Below the pieces are notes generated by a model. That model was given only the letters and a program-made list of their open reading frames with translations, was not told where the DNA came from and ran no database searches. Shown here one piece after another: positions 56,712 through 61,155 of a DNA stretch of 61,155 bases; position 1 is the first letter of the stretch; every line of letters starts with the position of its first letter. This DNA comes from Bdellovibrionia bacterium (GTDB lineage Bacteria > Bdellovibrionota > UBA1018 > JBILEK01): NCBI GenBank assembly GCA_044352155.1, contig JBILEK010000005.1, forward strand, positions 1 through 61,155, written 5' to 3'. Both the position numbers and the translations under genes were made by a program.

Positions 56712-57829
56712 GCGAAGTCAAAAAAGGTTTAGATGGCGTCGTCGTTGATTCAAGCTCGGTGTCCAAAGTGATGCCAGAGATCAACTCCCTGACCTACCGC
56801 GGTTACAAGGTCCAAGATCTTGCCGAGATGTGTTGGTTTGAAGAGGTCGCCTACCTGATGTGGAACAGCGAGCTCCCAAGCAAAGCCCAGCTCGCCGCCT
56901 TTGTCGACAAAGAACGCTCTCAGCGAGATTTAAGCCCAAAACTCTTGGACGTCATCAAAATGTATCCCAAGTCCGCTCATCCTATGGACACGATCCGAAC
57001 ATCGGTGAGCTACATGGGCATGGAAGACGCCGACATGTGGAACGCGGCGCCCGCCAAAAACCTCGAGCGCTCCATCATGCTGATGGCAAAGATCCCGACT
57101 GCGATCGCAGCCGATTACCGCTGCCGCAAGGGACTCCAACCGATCGCGCCTCGCAAGGACCTCAACATGTCGGAGAACTTCTTCCACATGTGCTTTGGCG
57201 AAGTCCCGCACCAGGACATCGTGAAAGCCTTTGACGTCTCGCTCACGCTCTACGCGGAGCACGGCTTCAACGCCTCGACTTTCACGGCGCGCGTCGTGAC
57301 GTCTACGATGTCCGACATGTACAGCGCAGTGGTGGCCGGCATCGGATCTCTGAAAGGTCCTCTCCACGGCGGCGCTAACGAGCAAGTCATGCACATGATG
57401 AAGGAGATCGACGACCCGACCAAAGCGCGCGAGTGGATGATTCAGGCCCTTAAAGACAAGCGCAAGGTCATGGGCTTCGGTCACCGCGTCTACAAAAACG
57501 GTGACTCTCGCGTTCCCACGATGAAAAAGTACGCTGAAAAGCTCTCGAAGGTAAAAAATCAACCTAAGTGGATGCAAATGTACGACGCACTCGAAAAGGT
57601 GATGATCGAAGAAAAGCAAATCCACCCGAACCTCGATTTCCCTGCCGGTCCCGCCTACTACTTGATGGGCTTTGATATCGATATGTTTACGCCTATTTTT
57701 GTGATGGCGCGGATTACAGGTTGGACTGCGCACATCATGGAGCAGGCTGCAAGCAATCGCATTATCCGCCCTTTAAGCGAGTACACGGGACACAAAGAGC
57801 GCCAAGTCACTCCTCTTGCCTCGCGCTAG
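56708..57829 (+). CDS. prpC: 2-methylcitrate synthase
   Basis: YAEHGFNASTF, GPLHGGANE, MGFGHRVY, PNLDF; in the prp operon. Confidence 0.92.
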   Translation: MSEVKKGLDGVVVDSSSVSKVMPEINSLTYRGYKVQDLAEMCWFEEVAYLMWNSELPSKAQLAAFVDKERSQRDLSPKLLDVIKMYPKSAHPMDTIRTSVSYMGMEDADMWNAAPAKNLERSIMLMAKIPTAIAADYRCRKGLQPIAPRKDLNMSENFFHMCFGEVPHQDIVKAFDVSLTLYAEHGFNASTFTARVVTSTMSDMYSAVVAGIGSLKGPLHGGANEQVMHMMKEIDDPTKAREWMIQALKDKRKVMGFGHRVYKNGDSRVPTMKKYAEKLSKVKNQPKWMQMYDALEKVMIEEKQIHPNLDFPAGPAYYLMGFDIDMFTPIFVMARITGWTAHIMEQAASNRIIRPLSEYTGHKERQVTPLASR

Positions 57830-57885
57830 TGTGACAGATCATTGACGAGTTGGCCCAAACCCACTCTGAAGTTAAAGTAAGAGGG

Positions 57886-58539
57886 GTGGGCCAGCTGCGT
57901 TTTTTTATCTCTCTCGTTTCACTCCTGATCGTAGCACTTCCTGCACATGCGATTGGGATCTACACACCTTATTTAGAAACTGGGTTCGGCTACTCTCTCA
58001 TCAAAGGCGGGCAGAGTTTTTTTTCGCCCGCAAGTAGTTCGGCAGGCGGATCTGGTTTCGGAATGAACGCGATGCTCGGCTTTCCGCTCTTACACCAGAG
58101 TGTCTCGTTACAGCCGCAGATCGGGTTTAAAGCTAAGCTCTCAAGCGCATCTGCCTCTGACGGATCTTTAGGCATCCTCACAGCAACTCCCATGCTTCGG
58201 CTTGAAACTCCGCGCTTCTACGTAGGCTTAGGACTCTCGCCCTTAGTATGGAAACGCGTGCAACCTGCTTTTGGGTTTGACGGACTTGAAAAAGTACCTA
58301 ATGCCTTAGGGTATATGAGTGAGCTCGGGCTCCTATGGCGAGTGGCGCCTTTCTTTCACGTTGCGCTCGAAGGAGGGGCTTACATGGTCTCAGGTGCTTC
58401 GGGTCTGAGCCCACGCCCGGCTTTTGATGCATCCTTTCAAATGCGCTTTTTCTTTTGGGAAGAGCCCTCCTCTACCGCCGGAGCCAAAGGACGTCGTCGA
58501 TATGATGGCTGGCGCTATCCGTTCGGGCTTGAGCTTTAG
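57886..58539 (+). CDS. Putative outer-membrane beta-barrel protein
   Basis: Signal peptide (AHA), alternating amphipathic strands, conserved-looking tail YDGWRYPFG. Confidence 0.55.
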   Translation: MGQLRFFISLVSLLIVALPAHAIGIYTPYLETGFGYSLIKGGQSFFSPASSSAGGSGFGMNAMLGFPLLHQSVSLQPQIGFKAKLSSASASDGSLGILTATPMLRLETPRFYVGLGLSPLVWKRVQPAFGFDGLEKVPNALGYMSELGLLWRVAPFFHVALEGGAYMVSGASGLSPRPAFDASFQMRFFFWEEPSSTAGAKGRRRYDGWRYPFGLEL

Positions 58540-58547
58540 ATCCTGCC

Positions 58548-59804
58548 ATGCCGCTTCGCTACCTTTTGGTCGATCTGAACTCCTACTTCGCTTCAGTCGA
58601 GCAACAGCTTAATCCGCTCTGGCGCGGCCGCCCACTCGCAGTTCTCCCCTCGATGACGGATCGGACGTCTTGTATTGCAACAAGTATCGAAGCTAAGCGC
58701 TTTGGGGTTAAAACAGGCACACCGGTGCCCGAAGCGCGCAGGCTTTGTCCAGAAATTGTTTTTACGGTCGGATCTCATGACGTTTACACCGAGTTTCATC
58801 AAAAGATCGTCGAAGCGGTCGAGTCTTGCTTGCCAGTGACCCAAGTCCTCTCGGTGGATGAGATGACCTGTGCACTCAAAGGCCCGGATCAACTCGAAGT
58901 AAACGCTCGTAAACTCGCCATGGAAATTAAACACACAATCCGTACACGTGTAGGCGAAGTCCTTCAGTGCTCGATTGGGATTGGTCCAAACATCATGCTC
59001 GCCAAAATCGCAAGCGACATGCAAAAACCTGACGGCCTTGTCATCATCAGACAAGAAGAGCTCCCGCAAAACCTCTTCCACTTAAAGCTACGCGATTTCC
59101 CTGGTATCGGTTCTCGAATGGAAAAACGTCTTCATCGTAAGGCGGTCTATACAGTCGAGACTCTCGGCAATCTCAGTGTCGCTGAGATGATTCGTATTTG
59201 GGGTGGCATCAATGGGGAGCGATACTGGCACTGGCTTAGGGGAGAAGACATCGCATTTCCTCGGACACAAAAGCCTAAGAGTGTCGGTCACTCCCACGTC
59301 CTTGCACCTCAACTCCGCACACGGGAGCTGGCACTGCGAGTGGCTCAAAAACTTTTGCTCAAAGCTGCCAAACGCATGAGAGAGCAAGGTCTCTGGGCCA
59401 AGCGCCTGAACGTATCGGTGCGTCTTCTGAGCTCAAAAAACGACTCACTTGATGAGCAAGCGTACTGGGAGAGCGGCACTAAAATTCAAGAGACACAGTC
59501 TGACAAAGAGCTCCTAGACGCACTTAAAAGAAACTGGGCGTCCTATCCTGTCACACGTAATCCGATCAAAGTCTCAGTCACACTCTGTGATCTTGTATCA
59601 GAAGACCATCATCACTACTCACTCTGGGAGCGCCCTGAGCTTACAGAGCTCTCTCATGCGATGGATCGAATCCACTCTAAGTTTGGCAAGTCTTCGCTCT
59701 ACTGGGGCGCCCTCCATGAACTCAGCGGAGTGGCCCCCACTCGAATTGCTTTCTTACGAATCCCCGACAAGAAAGAGTTTGAGCCCTCAGACTTTGAAGA
59801 GTGA
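58548..59804 (+). CDS. dinB: Y-family DNA polymerase (DinB-like)
   Basis: VDLNSYFASVEQ, SIEAKRFGV, SVDE, LAKIASDMQKPDG, PGIG. Confidence 0.88.
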   Translation: MPLRYLLVDLNSYFASVEQQLNPLWRGRPLAVLPSMTDRTSCIATSIEAKRFGVKTGTPVPEARRLCPEIVFTVGSHDVYTEFHQKIVEAVESCLPVTQVLSVDEMTCALKGPDQLEVNARKLAMEIKHTIRTRVGEVLQCSIGIGPNIMLAKIASDMQKPDGLVIIRQEELPQNLFHLKLRDFPGIGSRMEKRLHRKAVYTVETLGNLSVAEMIRIWGGINGERYWHWLRGEDIAFPRTQKPKSVGHSHVLAPQLRTRELALRVAQKLLLKAAKRMREQGLWAKRLNVSVRLLSSKNDSLDEQAYWESGTKIQETQSDKELLDALKRNWASYPVTRNPIKVSVTLCDLVSEDHHHYSLWERPELTELSHAMDRIHSKFGKSSLYWGALHELSGVAPTRIAFLRIPDKKEFEPSDFEE

Positions 59805-59850
59805 TTGTTGTATCAGAACATAAACTGCCCCTAGGAGCACTCTTCAAACA

Positions 59851-59887
59851 ACAAGGGCACCCCGGGTTTCCCCTAGGATGCCCTTGT
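59851..59887 (-). terminator. Rho-independent terminator between convergent genes
   Basis: ACAAGGGCA...TGCCCTTGT stem with a GAAA loop on the minus strand, followed by TGTTTG. Confidence 0.65.
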
Positions 59888-59912
59888 GAACTACCGCGCT
59901 GCCAATTTCTGC

Positions 59913-61155
59913 TTAAGCCGCTTCTCCACCTTCGCTGCGCATGAGCTTCCGCTTATCGAGCCCGTATTTCTCAACTTTCATGATCAGGCCCGCACGCGAG
60001 ATCCCAAGCTCTTTGGCGAGCCGACTTTTGTTCCACTTCGTACGACGCAGACCTTCTTTGATCATCGTTTTCTCTAACTCTTCTAAAGCGTCTTTCAGTT
60101 TCCCGGATACACGTACGCCTTGAGCTTTAGCGTGTGCACCAAAGTCTCGGATGCGCGGAGAAAGGAGCTCTGCAGAAATGCGCTCCTCAGTCCCTGAGAG
60201 CACGATCAGGCGTTCTATTTCGTTCTCAAGCTCACGGATGTTCCCGGGCCAAGGATAGTCAAAGACTTTCTCAAGCGCGCGTTTGGCAAACGACTTAAGC
60301 GGGAGATTTTTCTCCTTACAGCCACGTACTAAAAAGTGATCCATCAAAACTGGGATATCGTCTTTTCGATCGCGTAGCGGCGGAATAACGACATTGATCA
60401 CATTGATTCGGTAGTAAAGATCTTCACGAAATGAGCCATTCTCTACCATCTCTTTGAGATCTTTGTTCGTCGCGGCAAGAACTCGAACATCCACTTTCCG
60501 TACCTCGGTGGAGCCCACAGGTGTGATCTCGCCTTGTTGAAGCACGCGCAAGAGCTTCACTTGCATCGAAAGCGACATATCGCCGATTTCATCAAGAAAC
60601 AGAGTCCCTTTGTGTGCAGCTTCAAATAAACCTTTCTTGTCTTTTACGGCACCGGTAAATGAGCCGCGCATATGCCCAAAGAGCTCACTATCAAGAAGAT
60701 TCTCGTTAAAAGCCGAACAGTTTACCGTCACAAACTCTTTATCTTTTCGAGAGGAGTTATAGTGCACGGCGCGTGCGATGAGTTCTTTACCTGTTCCGTT
60801 TTCGCCCTGAATGAGCACCGTGCTCTCGGAGCCTTTGATCTTATCTAAAAGCGAGTACAACTCCTGCATAGGCTTTGATTTGCCGATCATCGAGTCGTAG
60901 CTGTAGCGCTCGCCGAGCTGATTGTTCAAAGAGCTAATGCGTTCCTCACGCTTAGTGATCTCTGAGTGGAACGCGACGATTTCAGTCGCAACCAGATCCA
61001 CGAGCTCAAAGAAATACTTTCGATCTTTTTCTGACAAAGCCGTCAGACGCTCTGCTGCACGATCAAAAAGCTCTCCATCTAAGCCTCGCTCTTCTGCAAT
61101 TTTCGAATATTTTTTACGAGCGCTCGCATCAAGCTCTTTCTCAACAAAAGAGTAG
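59913..61155 (-). CDS. Sigma54-dependent enhancer-binding protein (5' end outside window)
   Basis: GENGTGKE, GSFTGA, WPGNIREL, Fis-type HTH; frame open to the window edge. Confidence 0.9.
   Translation of the reverse strand, partial: YSFVEKELDASARKKYSKIAEERGLDGELFDRAAERLTALSEKDRKYFFELVDLVATEIVAFHSEITKREERISSLNNQLGERYSYDSMIGKSKPMQELYSLLDKIKGSESTVLIQGENGTGKELIARAVHYNSSRKDKEFVTVNCSAFNENLLDSELFGHMRGSFTGAVKDKKGLFEAAHKGTLFLDEIGDMSLSMQVKLLRVLQQGEITPVGSTEVRKVDVRVLAATNKDLKEMVENGSFREDLYYRINVINVVIPPLRDRKDDIPVLMDHFLVRGCKEKNLPLKSFAKRALEKVFDYPWPGNIRELENEIERLIVLSGTEERISAELLSPRIRDFGAHAKAQGVRVSGKLKDALEELEKTMIKEGLRRTKWNKSRLAKELGISRAGLIMKVEKYGLDKRKLMRSEGGEAA

Noticed and set aside
54397-57733. Long alternative-frame and antisense ORFs over prpDBC and other genes
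   Set aside because: Shadow ORFs expected from GC-rich codon bias of the true genes
1-61155. CRISPR array, tRNA/rRNA, IS element, integrase or prophage
   Set aside because: No spaced repeats, RNA gene signatures or mobile-element proteins seen; intergenic gaps are short

Overview
Chromosomal segment from a Bdellovibrionota-like bacterium, probably predatory (inferred from gene content). I found no rRNA, tRNA, CRISPR array or mobile element. The centrepiece is a contiguous ~17 kb minus-strand Tad/Flp (type IVc) pilus cluster at 32814-49538. Its order is tadC, DUF192, three membrane-anchored FHA proteins, a PP2C-fold protein missing several catalytic Asp residues, three Flp-type pilins, prepilin peptidase, two TadE-like pseudopilins, cpaB, an rcpA secretin, a TadZ-TadA fusion, tadB and a toxin-less YD-repeat protein resembling Bd0109 of the Bdellovibrio hit locus. 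Facing it are two small secreted peptides with a shared KS[AS]QGRSA tail, one behind a sigma54-type promoter and one behind a FliA-type promoter. A second, minimal Tad-like module (secretin, short ATPase, TadB-TadC fusion) lies at 4.5-9.2 kb. A 40-aa, extremely basic ORF absent from the ORF track sits upstream of metK. The rest is housekeeping or regulatory: mlaF/mlaD, three sigma54 activators, metK, tldD, cpoB, LysM-dprA, ddl, gdhA, a two-component system, a FlhG-like ATPase, rluD, pgeF, lon, cheY, dppBC-nagZ, prpDBC and dinB. All family assignments come from motif recognition and recall; no database search was run.
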